DNA from: Heterodontus francisci | Lineage: Eukaryota | Assembly (NCBI RefSeq): GCF_036365525.1 | Contig: NC_090372.1 | Coordinates: forward strand, 109,160,380-109,224,379 | DNA: 64,000 bases | Reading direction: 5' to 3' | Shown: piece after piece, positions 1-11,399 of the stretch | Layout: each line of letters opens with the position of its first letter | Position numbering within the stretch: the stretch's first letter is position 1 | Position numbers and translations under genes: made by a program | Notes under the pieces: model-generated | What the model saw: only the letters and a program-made list of their open reading frames with translations | Told to the model about the DNA's origin: nothing | Databases searched by the model: none

Positions 1-659
1 GGCAGAACATGGATTTGTATCCTGCCCGATTCTTGTGTGATTTCTTATACTGTCAGAAAGCCAGACTATTGAGAGAGGGAGAAGTGCAAAACAGTAATTA
101 ATTCCAGGCCACTCTCTGGTGGTTGAACGGGTTAGAGAATTCATGGCCGTCAATGCCATGAGTCTGCTTCCTACTGGAAATAACACAATCCTGTTTGTCT
201 GTAACATTATCCCCAGAGTATCTGAGGCAGACATTTATGACTGCCTTTTCAAAATTTTCCTGAGTTTGGACTCCTCTACTTTGTATGGGATGCAGGGATG
301 CTTCTGTAGCTAAACCAAGTTATTACGTCATTGTCAAATCCCATTCAGCCATGAATGCTAGCAGGGCCCAGAATGATACAAATGAGCAGAGTTTATTCAA
401 GAGATTCCTTTGAAGGTTCAAATGCATACAAAACAATGGTCAATGAAAGTTGAAGGCAGAATTGACAGGGGCCTAAGAGCAACTGTTTTACTCGCCTATG
501 CTCTTCGGTGGTTGGGACAGGCTACAGTTGGGAGGAGGAGGGATGTAAAGAGATAAGTTTAAAAAAAAAAGCCTTAATTGGAAAAAGTATTAAAAAGAAT
601 GAGAACATCAATTCTATGCCAGGAGAATTCAGAAAACAAAGGGTTACAGTAACTTAAAT

Positions 660-918
660 CTTCTTCTTTGGGCCTCCTTATCTCGAGAGACAATAGATAT
701 GCGCCTAGAGGTGGTCAGTGGTTTGTGAAGCAGCGCCTGGAGTGGCTCTAAAAGCCAATTCTAGAGTGACAGGCTCTTCCACAGGTGCTGCAGAGAAATT
801 TGTTTGTCGGGGCTGTTGCACAGTTGGCTCTCCCCTTGCGCTTCTGTCTTTTTTCCTGCCAACTACTAAGTCTCTTCGACTCGCCACATTTTAGCCCTGT
901 CTTTATGGCTGCCCGCCA
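660..918 (-). mobile_element. 3' end fragment of RTE-clade LINE (same family as 34975-37089)
   Basis: Its reverse complement matches 36830-37085 closely, including the C-terminal ...RIGF.SHSRRC coding stretch and the (GAA)n tail (ttcttctttgggcctcc at ~661). Confidence 0.85.
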
Positions 919-2089
919 TAATTTTTTTCCATAAATGACTTCAAATTTCAGATTGCCCAGGAACTGCTACAGCATTTCAAACTTAATATGTGCTACATCC
1001 CACTGTATGTGCCATTTCTCGAGAAATTTCAAGCTTAGTGAAGCAGGAATAAAGGCCATTGCAGTGTATTTTCCACTGTGCTGAGAAATCTCCTCAGAGC
1101 GCCCAGGACATCAAGTGTACGCATCCGATAGTTTCACTTCTTCTCCACCACTACAGGTTTAACATTATTCAGATAGAGCATTATTTCCATGATGGACAAT
1201 TGTTCTTTAATCACAAGTCAATTCACAGCAGGGAGAATGCATGTAACAGCTAGTTACTTACACAGATTTATTAAAACACAACAGTTGATCTTTGAAATCC
1301 ATGGATTGGCCGCACTACCAATTCATTAGTGTCAGGATGAGGCCAAAGCCGTATTGTTGTCACTCACGTGCTTGCAGGTACCTTGCTGCAGCTCACCAGT
1401 TGTGGTAGGGTGGACATTGGCCACTCTCATTCTGAGCCGGCTGTTAACTCACATAGGTGAAGGCAGAGGTGATTTTAGGGAGGCTTTGAATGGTCTGGAG
1501 TGGGCCAGAGGTTTTTGGGAGTCTTCTGTTCCTGGAACCACCCTCAAAAAAAGCTAATAGTTTCCTGGGCTGTTTTCTGAGCAGTCTGCAGTGATCCTTT
1601 TAAGAATTACTTGTTAGGCTGCTCAATGCCTGCAAAAATGAGCAGAGCATATGCCATGCACACTCTACTCAATTGTACCTGGAAAGTCCAATCGGTCCCC
1701 TATAACCGTATCCTGATTCGAATATTTATGCAGCCTCTGGTCTGTTTCAGGTAGTTGGGCTGCTTCTCTATTCAAAAGCCCATCTGAAAAATGCATTGGA
1801 TGTGTCTTGAGCATCAGTGGGACAGCCGAAGTGCCCCCTCTCTCTCCACCCTGATACCCCCACCCCGATTTTCAATTGCTGGCTGCTAATTTTTCATGTG
1901 AGAAATGGGCTCTTGCAGTTGAAAATCATTCCCAGAGACAACATGAAGAAGATTCTTGTCACCTTGTATGTGGTTTAGTTGCTCAAGATTGCTTTGATAT
2001 TAATTACAGTCCTATTAGATCAATCCTCTCAGAAAATCAGTGTTAATGCTTATATTAGTTCACATTTGTAGAGGTGGTAGTTATGTTTG

Positions 2090-2400
2090 TTCCCCTCTAA
2101 TTTCCCTCAACCATCCTCTGCTGAATGTAGTGACTCCAGCTGGTATGTGTGCATTCAGTAGGCCAAGTATGCTCTTTGCCTGAATCCAGACAGCCATTTT
2201 TCATGAGCGAGTCTGGTCAACTAGGGCTATTCATCTGTGAAAGCCACAGCCAAGCTCATCCATTCTGTCCTCATCCATTGTTCACATACGCACATACACT
2301 TTCCTTCAGGGGTTTTCGGAACGATGACTAGGACTAGAAACCCTAGCTAATTTGTCTTTCCTACCTTAGATGTGCCTTGAGTCAAACTACCATGCTCTAC
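2090..2400. repeat. Old degenerate interspersed repeat; related copy at ~41470-41670
   Basis: The motif gccatttttcatgagcgagt (2190s) resembles ggtcatttttcatatgtgagt (41490s), with similar downstream blocks. The family was not firmly identified. Confidence 0.35.
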
Positions 2401-3539
2401 CCCATTTCTCTGCTGAAATAAGATATTTCCTATACCTGCCTTTTAAACATCAGCATACTTAAAGCATCAGCAGAAGTAACTTGAAGAAATAATGCCCTCC
2501 ATCGCCACCATTCCTGTTCAAAAAATGTCTAAGCAAGCTGAATATTAAGTCTTCAATCCCATCATTAGATAGAAAGCAGCTGCCATCCAAATTCCAGTGA
2601 GTATTTTTGTGTATGTTAAATAGAAGCAGAGACAGGTGGCAGTCACTGTTTATCATTTTGGAATGTATTGCTCATTGTTGCCTCATAAAAAACTTTCCTA
2701 GGCTGGATATGGAATTTCTGACAGCGACGTCTTCGAAAATATAGATCTGAAATATGGCCTGGTTGCCTCATTAATTTTTTAAACAAGAAGCATCTAACAT
2801 CCTACTTAAAAAGCTCTCTCTTTCCTTTTATATGCATTAACTCTCAGAGTATAGAATATCCTTTGAAGTTTTCAGGATGCATAGAATCTTTAAAAATGAA
2901 TCAAAAAGTTCCCTTTATATTTTTATGCTGAAATATGTCAGAAAGGATATGCAGCTCCAAGCAACAATCCAGATGTTCTCTGCCTGAATGAAATGTTTGG
3001 AGTGCTGCTACTTTTTCCAAATTTTGATGCAGAAGTCCTCAAAGAGATTTTGGGCTGTCTAGTTCACTAAAGTTGTCTGCTTGCCAGCTAATTTAGTTAA
3101 GTTTTTATACTGTCTCTTGATTAAAATCTTTCTTCTAGCTAGTACAAATGGCTGGCACGAGTAGGTAACTGCTGGAATGACGAAAGTAGAGGCATTGGAA
3201 GTAGACCAAATGAATTGCTCTCAATATTTGATTACTTTTTCAAAATAGAATTGTAACATGCTTTGATTACTGCACTGCATCTGTTCAGGGTCCACATATT
3301 TATTTTGTTCACTCTCCTCTCCTATGTGTTTCGTTTTGTGTAGTCAGTGGGGCAGGGATGCAGCTGTGAACTTAAATGGCATTTGCCTGGAAAGGGCATT
3401 TAAAATATATATTTTCCTTTCAGCCCTCAGTTTGACACTGGTCTGCAAGTCCATCTTTTGCCTTTCTGTTGATGATATTCCTTACTTCTGGTGTTAAATT
3501 GGCAGAATTCTCCTAAAAGAATATTTAAGTGTGTGATAT

Positions 3540-3872
3540 GGGGGCAGGATATTGGGGCTTGTCACTGGCAATGAGAGATGCCTGTTACAGAGATATAGCA
3601 GACCAATGCTAGCATTAAGCCCACAATGCACATCAACAGAGAAAATCAACTCACAGTTCCTTGGTTTTAACTAATAGTCCCAATCCATTGTATACATGAC
3701 ATTTATTTCCTCTGAAGTGGCCTAGCAAACTATTCCATTGTAAAAACAAAAACAGAATGAGATTTCAGCAGTTCAAGCAGGTGGCCTCCAAGATTACCTT
3801 ATCAGAGCAAATGAGAACCAGGAATAAAGGTAGCCTTGCCAGCATCACTCCTTTCCAAGAACATTTTTTAAA
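3540..3872 (+). mobile_element. Decayed tRNA-derived SINE with CR1-group LINE-type 3' tail
   Basis: Carries cctctgaagtggcctagcaa and aataaaggtagccttgccagc...ttttaaaaa. Both match the SINE at 9315-9739 and the LINE tail at ~13990-14050. Confidence 0.6.
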
Positions 3873-3976
3873 AATTCAAGCTCAGGATTTGGGTGCCTAT
3901 AGCAAGGCCAGCATTTATTGCCCATCCCTAGTTGCCTTTGAGAAGATGCTGGTGCGTCTTATTCTTGAACCGCTGT
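3866..3976 (-). mobile_element. 3' tail of CR1-group LINE/SINE, antisense, abutting the previous element tail-to-tail
   Basis: ggccagcatttattgcccatccctagttgcc is the reverse complement of the family tail ggcaattagggatgggcaataaatgctggcc. Confidence 0.8.
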
Positions 3977-4059
3977 GATACTTGTTGACGTTTGAAGTGA
4001 TTGATTTTGAAATTAAATCCTTTACATTTGCTCACCAGTTCATAAACTGCTTGTTGCAG

Positions 4060-4241
4060 ATATTCGTGGAGGACGACAGAATGGAGTGAATGTCGTGTCG
4101 ACTCACTTCTCAGCCAGCAAGACAGAAGACGTGGAAATCAAACTGCCCTCTGTGGTGGGGGAATTCAAACCCGTGAATTCTACTGTGTCCAGGCTAATGA
4201 AAACCTCTTATCTTATCGGAACACAGTTAAAGAAAGGGAAG
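4060..4241 (+). CDS. THSD7A: THSD7A internal coding exon (182 nt), TSR repeat
   Basis: Acceptor ttgttgcag|, donor |gtaatt. Translates as YSWRTTEWSECRVDSLLSQQDRRRGNQTALCGGGIQTREFYCVQANENLLSYRNTVKERE, which matches the THSD7A sequence as I recall it much better than THSD7B. Its phase joins the 22406 exon (G|CT = Ala). Confidence 0.93.
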
Positions 4242-4771
4242 GTAATTGACCATGTTTGATCTGTAATGTGGCCCACCATGTTTATCCCCTACAGGCTACA
4301 TTTAAATATCAGTTTAGTTCACTGCAATATGCCATTTCAATTAAGCCTTTTTATGTAGTGCTGTTTCATTTTTATGAATGATGTTAATAAATATCAATTA
4401 CATTGACAAGCTGAAAGTTTTCCCTAAGTTTTGTGAATGAATAAGAAACAAATCCATTTTTGATATAAGTATATGGCCAGGAAAGGCTTTTATTGTATTA
4501 AGGGATGTTGCATATGGTTGATTTTCTTTCTCTCTCTCTGACTGTTCCAAATACTACTTACAATATGGAAGAGAAAGAATAAAATGTATTTTCCTTCAGT
4601 CCTCACAAAATTATTAATTGGGCTTCCGACGGATTGAAAGACAAACCAATCACAATCAATACAAGAATGGATATTTAAAAAATAATCTAATTAAAATATA
4701 TGTCAGAACATCAACTAAGTAAATGGTGGAAATAAAACTATTAGACACAAAAAGAATATTGTTGAATCTAA

Positions 4772-5126
4772 GTGGGGTTTTGGTCTCGCCAGGGACAATT
4801 GGCTGGGCCGCAGTGAGGAGGGTGGGGTGTCATTCAAGAGGGTGGTGGGAGGTGCACTAGCAAGGGTGGCAAGAGCTGCTGGGGGTGCCCTCTGAGGGGT
4901 GCAGGGTGCCTGACCAGGAGGGCCTCCCCCCTTGGGCCTGCAAGGAGGCCACCTAGTATTGTTGGGTGGCCTCCACCACTGACAACGTGCTCTCCAGTGG
5001 TGGCAGGTGAAGCCCTTAAGTGACAATTAATTGGCCACCTAAGGACCACCTCCCCACCTGCTCCCATAACATTTTAGGCTCCCCACCTCCAGCCAGCTCC
5101 CGTAGGGGCGGTAAAATTCATTTCCC
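4772..5126. mobile_element. Truncated Harbinger-type MITE
   Basis: GC-rich, with the family motif ggcccttaagtgacaattaattggccacctaagg (shared with 44492 and 52471). Ends in the TIR-like gtaaaattcatttccc. Confidence 0.65.
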
Positions 5127-5565
5127 TTTGTCACCTGCTTAAAAAACTGCTGAAGTGCCAATTCATATTCTACTGATGACAAGCACTGTCAACACTGTGA
5201 ATGATTGACACTATGAATGCAATTACAGGGCAGAATTTAGTGAGCCTGTTGCAAGTCCTGGCAGCAGAGCTGGAAATATGTGCCATTCCTGCTAGTTACG
5301 TGGGTGACCAACCCAGCACGATCACATGGCGGGCAGTACTTGGCATAATGGGGCCCGGTCAATCACACGGCGGGGGCGGGATGTGAATGTCAAATACAGC
5401 ATCAAATGACCCTGGAGCAGGTGCTGCCGCCATATTTAAAGCCTTGTCAGCCCTGCTTGCATTGTTGCCTTGGACTCATTTGCTACTTGCTATTCACTAC
5501 TGAGACCGGTGTTTGAGTGACTCCTGGACCCCGCCCCCCCACCCTACGGAGACAGACACCACAGG

Positions 5566-7233
5566 ATGGCACAGGCAAGACACAGGGTGGCCCCATGGTT
5601 TATCAATGCCTCACTCCAGGCTGCAAGGGTAAGGCTGGAGGTCCTCTTCCCCAGATATGGCAAGAAGAGGTCCTCCCGCCTGACAAAACAAGCTTGGATG
5701 GAGATAGCTGAGGAGATCAGCAGCTGTGGAGTCACCCCTGGACATGGGTACAGTGATGTAGTCGGGTCAATGACCTCCTTCACTCTGCCAAGCTGACTGC
5801 TCCAATACTCTCCTTTTTAGGGATTGCAAGTGTCTAGGCAGGAGGAAGTGGGACATAGGGAGGGGGGCCCTATTGCGCTGGCATCAGGGTTTAGGCATCA
5901 CACTCATCCTGACAGATGCATGGCTGTATTTCAGCCACAGGCCTTCTTTCACAGCTCACCCCCATTAACTCCCTTGAGAGAGAAGGGGAGAATGAGTTAT
6001 ATGTGATACCCCAGTAGGGGACGAGGGGCTGACACTAGCAGAACTGTCATGTTGATCTCTCTGCGAAGTGTGACTGTCTCCCTCTTTGCACTTGTAGGAC
6101 AGGAGGGCTCATAACAAGATGGAGACAGCCCAGCCTGAGAGAGGCATCCCAGTTCTTCGGCCTCTCTCCACAGCAGAGGAGAATGCACCAGAATTGGAAG
6201 GGACCCAGGGCGGCTGCTCTATATCAGATGGAGAGTTTGGAATCTCTGCATAAGAGAGTGAGGATTGTCTTCCAACGGCATACAGTTAATTTCTGGAGGC
6301 CAATATTATGGTTGAGCATGATGAGATCTGCACAGCCTACCCTACACATTTGTGTTCTCTCATGCAGGTTGGTTTCCACAGGAGACTCAACCAGAAGGGG
6401 AACAGCCGTCAACCTCTGAGGAGGATCAGCAGTCGAGAATGCACCATCACATGACTGTCCTGCACCTTCCGCCAGAACAGATACTTTCACCTCGGTGGGT
6501 TTCCACTCGGCTCTATGTGCCTGAGCAGCTGCTGAGGCTGAGACAGCTAAGGCCTCTGACAGTCGGAGGACTGTGGGTGGCCATAACCATGCTGAGCCCC
6601 AGGTTGATGACGAGCCTCTGGTGTTGACAGCACAGAGCATGCTGGAGTTGCAGAGAGGGGTAAGGCAACATTTGGCAGAGATGCCAGAGGGAATGCGCAG
6701 CCATGAGCAGATGATGGGGGAGTCTATCCAGGCCGTAACTGCTACCATGTCTAAGGTGTGTGAGCACATGGCTTCCTCCATTAAGAGGTAGGTGACCTTT
6801 CTGGAGAGCCAGATCCCACAATTGTGTGCAGACATGCACACTGTCACCTTGGCCATGAGACTGACAGCAGAGCAAGGCGAGAGAAGGACGAGGCCCCTGG
6901 AGGCTTGAACAGCTCCCCATCCTTCTCTGGTTGGTGGTTCAAGTGAGCCTTGAAAGGGAAGAGGAGAGGCTGACCTCCACAGTTAAGACTTCCCCTCAGG
7001 GTGCTCTGTGTATGGATGCGGGCTCCTCTGCCCCTCCGACAGTGAGCCCACCTCCAGCAGCCACGACACCTGAGAAGACTCCTGCACCTGTGCAGGAAAA
7101 CCTCAGGCAGCCGTGGCCTTCCAGGCCTCAGGCAGCCAGAGGAGGCCACCAAAGTCATCACAGGCCAAGGGACAGCCTGATCAGCAGCCTGCCTCCTGCC
7201 CAGCTACGAGCACTGGGCTCACACCCCATATAA
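5566..7233 (+). pseudogene. Harbinger Myb/SANT (trihelix-like) DNA-binding partner gene, 3 exons, disrupted
   Basis: Begins MAQARHRVAPWF...VLFP...KQAWMEIAEEISS. Acceptors at ttgtag| (~6098) and catgcag| (~6367). C-terminus is predicted coiled-coil (MLELQRGVRQHLAEMPEGMR) followed by a Pro/Ser-rich tail. Contains stops and frameshifts. Confidence 0.75.
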
Positions 7234-7799
7234 GCACTTATGGAGATGCCAGAGGGAATGCGCAGCCATGAGCAGATGATGGAGGAGTCCCTCCAGGCCA
7301 TAACTGCTGCCATGTTTAAGGTGTGTGAGCCTATGGCTTCCTCCATTCAGAGGTAGGTAACCTTTCTGGAGAGCCAGATCCCACAAATGTGTGCAGACAT
7401 GCACCCATATAAACATATAAAAAGAAACACATAGAGACACTTGGGGTTCATGGGTGTTTGAAATTTGATATCTGCTGCATCATATAAAGTTGTTTTTCTT
7501 CTTGCAAATAACATTCATTGTGTAAAACTGATTATTCCGTCATGCATTAATTGTGAGCTGCTGACTTCACCCTTCCCCATTAGTGGATACCAATGTAGGT
7601 ACAGATCTTATTTGAATAGGCTCTCCCCTGAGCCTTAACGCATGTTTCAGCTGGGTGCTATGCACGGAGCACAAATAGAAAGGAAACGACAAACTGCTGG
7701 CATTGAGGTGAGTCTTTATTGGATTTTCTCTGAGTGGCCATCAGGGTGGCTGGAAGTGGTAAGTATGAGATTGTCTCTTGCTTCCTTGGCCCGTCGCTC

Positions 7800-8710
7800 A
7801 ATCTCTCCAGTGCAAGGGCTTCAACATCCAATGCTGCTTGCTCAACTTCCACCTCCGTATCTTTCTTGTCAGTGGAGAAATGTTATTTAATCGTGTCATT
7901 GTCATGTAAGGCCTGCAACCCCCCACCCCCCACCTCTGCAATGATAGATTGTGCAGAGCATAGCAGATCACCACAATATGTGGGACCCTCACTGGGGCAT
8001 TCTGCAGGGCTCCACCGGATTGATCTAGGCAATGGAATCTCATCTTCAGCATCCCACTGATCTGCTTGATGGTCGCTCGGGTGGAGCTATGGCAAGTTTT
8101 GTACCTCTCCTTTGCTGCATTGCGAGGGTTCCTCACAGGTGTCAGTAGCCTTGTTTTCAATGGGTAGCCTTTGTCCCATGAATACATCCTTGAAGGCGAG
8201 TAGGAGGCCTGAAAAACCTGGAACTGTCGAAGTACGTAGGCATCGTGGCTGCATCCTGGGAAGCGGACACAGTTCTGCAGGAAATGCTTTCGGTGGTCGC
8301 AGACTATTTGCACATTGAAGGAATGGAAACCTCCTTGATGCAGCAGTGGACTGCAGCCTGTGAGACCCCACATATATCCCCAGTGGATCCTTGGAACGAT
8401 CCAGACGTGTAAAAGTTTAGTGTCAATGTGATCTTCAGGGCCACTGACATAGGATGACCCCTAAATCCCACAAGTTGCAATTCATCCTGCAGAATGGTGC
8501 ATAAGTCAGTGACGGCCTTCCTGGAGAGGCGTAGTCTTCGCTGACAATGCCGCTCGTACATTTGGAGGTAGCTGATTCGAGTCCAGTACACTCTCTGGTG
8601 CAGGTGGGCCCTTCTTGTCATGGCTGGCTGCTGCTGCTCTTGTCGGGGACCTTCATGGACAGGCACAGCTACCTCCTGGCCCTCCCTTCGGTGGAGGTGT
8701 TGCATCATGC
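7800..8710 (-). pseudogene. HARBI1-like Harbinger transposase remnant
   Basis: ORFs 8304-8897 and 7798-8373 contain RVY...CQRRLRLSR...ALKITLTLNFYTSGSFQ...GDICGVSQ, GFHSFNVQIVCDH...FPGCSHDAY, DKGYPL and LKMRFHCLD. The IDCTH segment is deleted. Confidence 0.9.
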
Positions 8711-9314
8711 TATGGGGTCCGAAAAGAAAGTGTATATGAGACCCGTGCCAGTTGAGTGGGCTTTCAGGGCGCTGTCGATGCAGAGACAACCCTGCCTTGG
8801 CAGCTGTGCTTTTGCTACTTCTCCAGGCAGATTTCCTGATGGCCCTCAGTGGCCGCCCTTGCTGATAGCTGACACTGTCATCCAGCAGTATGGACACCCA
8901 ACCCTCTCACCCAACAGTTTGGACACCCAATAAAGCCTCTTTTCATATTCTGTTTTTGCTTTTCATTTGTCTTTTTACTTCCCCTCTGAACCTTCTATAT
9001 CAAGTTAGTCCAACATATGGCCCGCGGGCCTGGATCCAACCTGCCAGAGGTTCCCATCCAGCCCATGGGTGTAAACAGTACCTGGGGCCATTCCTCATCC
9101 TCGCCAGGGTTCCGTAACTTGAGATGGGAAATTTCCCATTATCTTCTTGCAGAGTGGCCTTTTTAAAAACATTGCACTGTCAGTTTCACAGCTGACAGCT
9201 ACTGAAGCAGGAACGTGCTTCCCAACTTTAACAGATTCGGGGTTTTCCAACATTTTTTAAAAGCCCGCCAGAAAACCCCGAATCTGTCCGATGTCGGGAA
9301 GCACGTTCCTGCTT

Positions 9315-9739
9315 TTTTTAAAAATTCATTCATGGGATTTGGGCGTCGCTGGCCCGGCCAGCATTTATTGCCCATCCCTAATTGCCCTTGAACCGCTGCA
9401 GCCCATCTGGACTTCGTAGCGGTTAGGTACAACTGAGTGGCTTGCTAGGCCATTTCAGAGGGCATGTAAGAGTCAACCACATTGCTGTGGGTCTGGAGTC
9501 ACATGTAGGCCAGACCTGGTAAGGACAGCAGATTTCCTTCCCTAAAGGACATTAGTGAACCAGATGGGTTTTTACAACAATCGACAATGGTTTCATACCA
9601 TCATTAGACTAGCTTTCCAGATTTATTAATTGAATTCAAATTCCACCTTCTGCTGTGGTGGGATTTGAACCCATGTCCCCAGAGCAATACCCTGGGTCTC
9701 TGGGTTACTAGTCCAGTGACAATACCACTAAGCCACCAG
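9315..9739 (-). mobile_element. Full-length tRNA-derived SINE with CR1-group LINE 3' tail, nested in the hAT element
   Basis: Minus strand reads A-box gtggcttagtgg, B-box gggttcaaatccc, a central body, then the tail ggcaattagggatgggcaataaatgctggcc...atgaatgaattttt(a)n. This tail is shared with the LINE at 12105-14055. Confidence 0.9.
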
Positions 9740-9839
9740 CTTCACAGCTGTCAGCTGTGAAACTCAGCCTGATGTTTTTAAACAAACTAACCAACCACAA
9801 ACCTGCTGTACTGAGTGTTCCTGCTAAGTGCAACTGTCA

Positions 9840-10125
9840 GAGAGAAGGAGAGGGGCGGGGGGGGGGGGAACAGAGAGGGGGAATGGGGGGGGGGGAACAG
9901 AAAGAGAGAGGGGAACAGAGAGAGGGGGAAACAAAGAGAGAGAGGGAAATAATGAGAGGGGAGAAACAAAGCGAGGGGAACAGAGAGAGAGAGAGAGAGA
10001 GAGGGGAAAATTCAGAGAGGGGAAAACAGAAAGAGAGGGGCAGAGAGGGGGGGAACACAGAGAGCGAGGATGACACAGAGAGGGGGAAACACAGGGAGAA
10101 AGAGAGACAGAGAAAGAGAGAAAGA
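9840..10125 (+). repeat. GA-rich low-complexity tract inside the hAT element
   Basis: Almost pure purine (GA)n/G-run sequence. Confidence 0.95.
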
Positions 10126-10444
10126 TCACCCCTGACAGATGGATATCTATCCAGAATACCCTGCATCGCTACATTGCAGAGATTGACGACTTATACAAGC
10201 AAAAACAAGGCCAGGTATGACACAAAATCAGTTTTCAATATAATGACGAAAAAGTAAGTTAATAAATTAGTCTTCTCATTTAAAGCTTCTTCACAAAAAT
10301 GCACATTTATTGTTGTTTTTATGAGTAAATTAATTTTTTAATGCCTTTATCTTTTGAAATTTGCTCACTGCCCCCCGGGCCGAGCAAAATTTGTAATGCC
10401 ACCCTCCACCCGAAAAGGTTAGACAATGCTGTTCTATATTCAGC

Positions 10445-11065
10445 CTGATTCTCGGTTTTATCATCCACCTGACATCTGTCATAAGCACACGTTTTCTTCT
10501 TCATCTTAATCGCTTTCTTTTTCGTCATCCAGGGAGCTCTGGATTTGTTTGCTCTACCTTTCCACTTCGTGAGAAAGTACCTTGATTAACCCTGAACTAT
10601 CGCTTCTTTAAAGGCAGTCCATTGTTCGGTTACCATTTTGCCTGCCAACCTTTGATTCCAATGTATCTGGCCTTCTTACTCATCCATTACTCATACAAGA
10701 TCCATTCTTACTCCATTGAAGTTGGCTTTTCCCCAGTTAATCATTTTTACTCTGGATTGTTCCTTGTCCTTTTCCATAGCCAACCTAAACCTTATGATAT
10801 AATGATCATGGTCCCCTAAATCTTCCTCTACTGACACTTGATCCACTTGGCCCTCCTTATTCCCAAGAACCAGGTCTAGTGGTGCCTCCTTTCCCATTGG
10901 ACTGGAAACATATGCTGTAGAAAATTTTCCTGAACCCATTCTAGAAACCCTTGCCCCTCTTTGCCCTTTACCCATTCTATATTTGGGTAATTAAAGTCCC
11001 CCATTATAACTATATATATTTTTTGCACCTCTCTATAATTTCCTTGCAAATTTGTTCCTCTGCAT
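10445..11065 (-). mobile_element. CR1 LINE ORF2 fragment (endonuclease region), continuing at 14146-14200 after a hAT insertion
   Basis: ORF 10691-10975 reads EAPLDLVLGNKEGQVDQVSVEEDLGDHDHYIIRF...NWGKANF. The segment ttataatggggactttaattaccc (minus strand) encodes IMGDFNYP with a frameshift. The sequence resumes past 14145. Confidence 0.85.
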
Positions 11066-11399
11066 CAGGGCTGGCCAAGATCCGGCCCACCAAAGGTTTC
11101 CATCTGGCCTGCAGATGTAAACTGTACCCATATTCACAGCTGAAAGGTGCTGGGAGTGGGAACAGCAGTTTCCGAACTGCGGACAGATTAGTGGATTTCC
11201 GGCAGGCTTTAAAAAAAAAGGAACCCACTGGAAAACCCCGAATCTGTCTGAAGTTTGGAAACCACTGTTCCCATTCCCAGCACCTGTCAGGACAGCTTTC
11301 GGGTTGTCCTGCAGGTTCCGATTTTTTTTTAAAAACCTGCGGGAAGACCACGAATCTGTCTGAAGTTCGGAAATTGCTGTTCCTGCTCTCAGCAATGGT

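Larger units (their letters stand above)
5228..8930. mobile_element. Decayed autonomous-type PIF/Harbinger transposon (convergent Myb/SANT and nuclease genes)
   Basis: Left TIR gggcagaattt at 5228. A Myb/SANT-like gene on + and a HARBI1-like DDE nuclease on - point toward each other. The right TIR was not found. Confidence 0.85.
9001..10431. mobile_element. hAT (Charlie-like) non-autonomous element with perfect 8-bp TSD
   Basis: TSD ttctatat at 8993-9000 and 10432-10439. Termini caagttagtccaac.../...gttagacaatgctg, with a subterminal ggcccgcgggcc motif. Confidence 0.85.

Noticed and set aside
7798-8897. Domesticated host gene HARBI1
   Set aside because: It has frameshifts and a deleted catalytic segment, there are multiple divergent copies in the window, and it has an adjacent TIR and Myb partner. 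This fits transposon relics.
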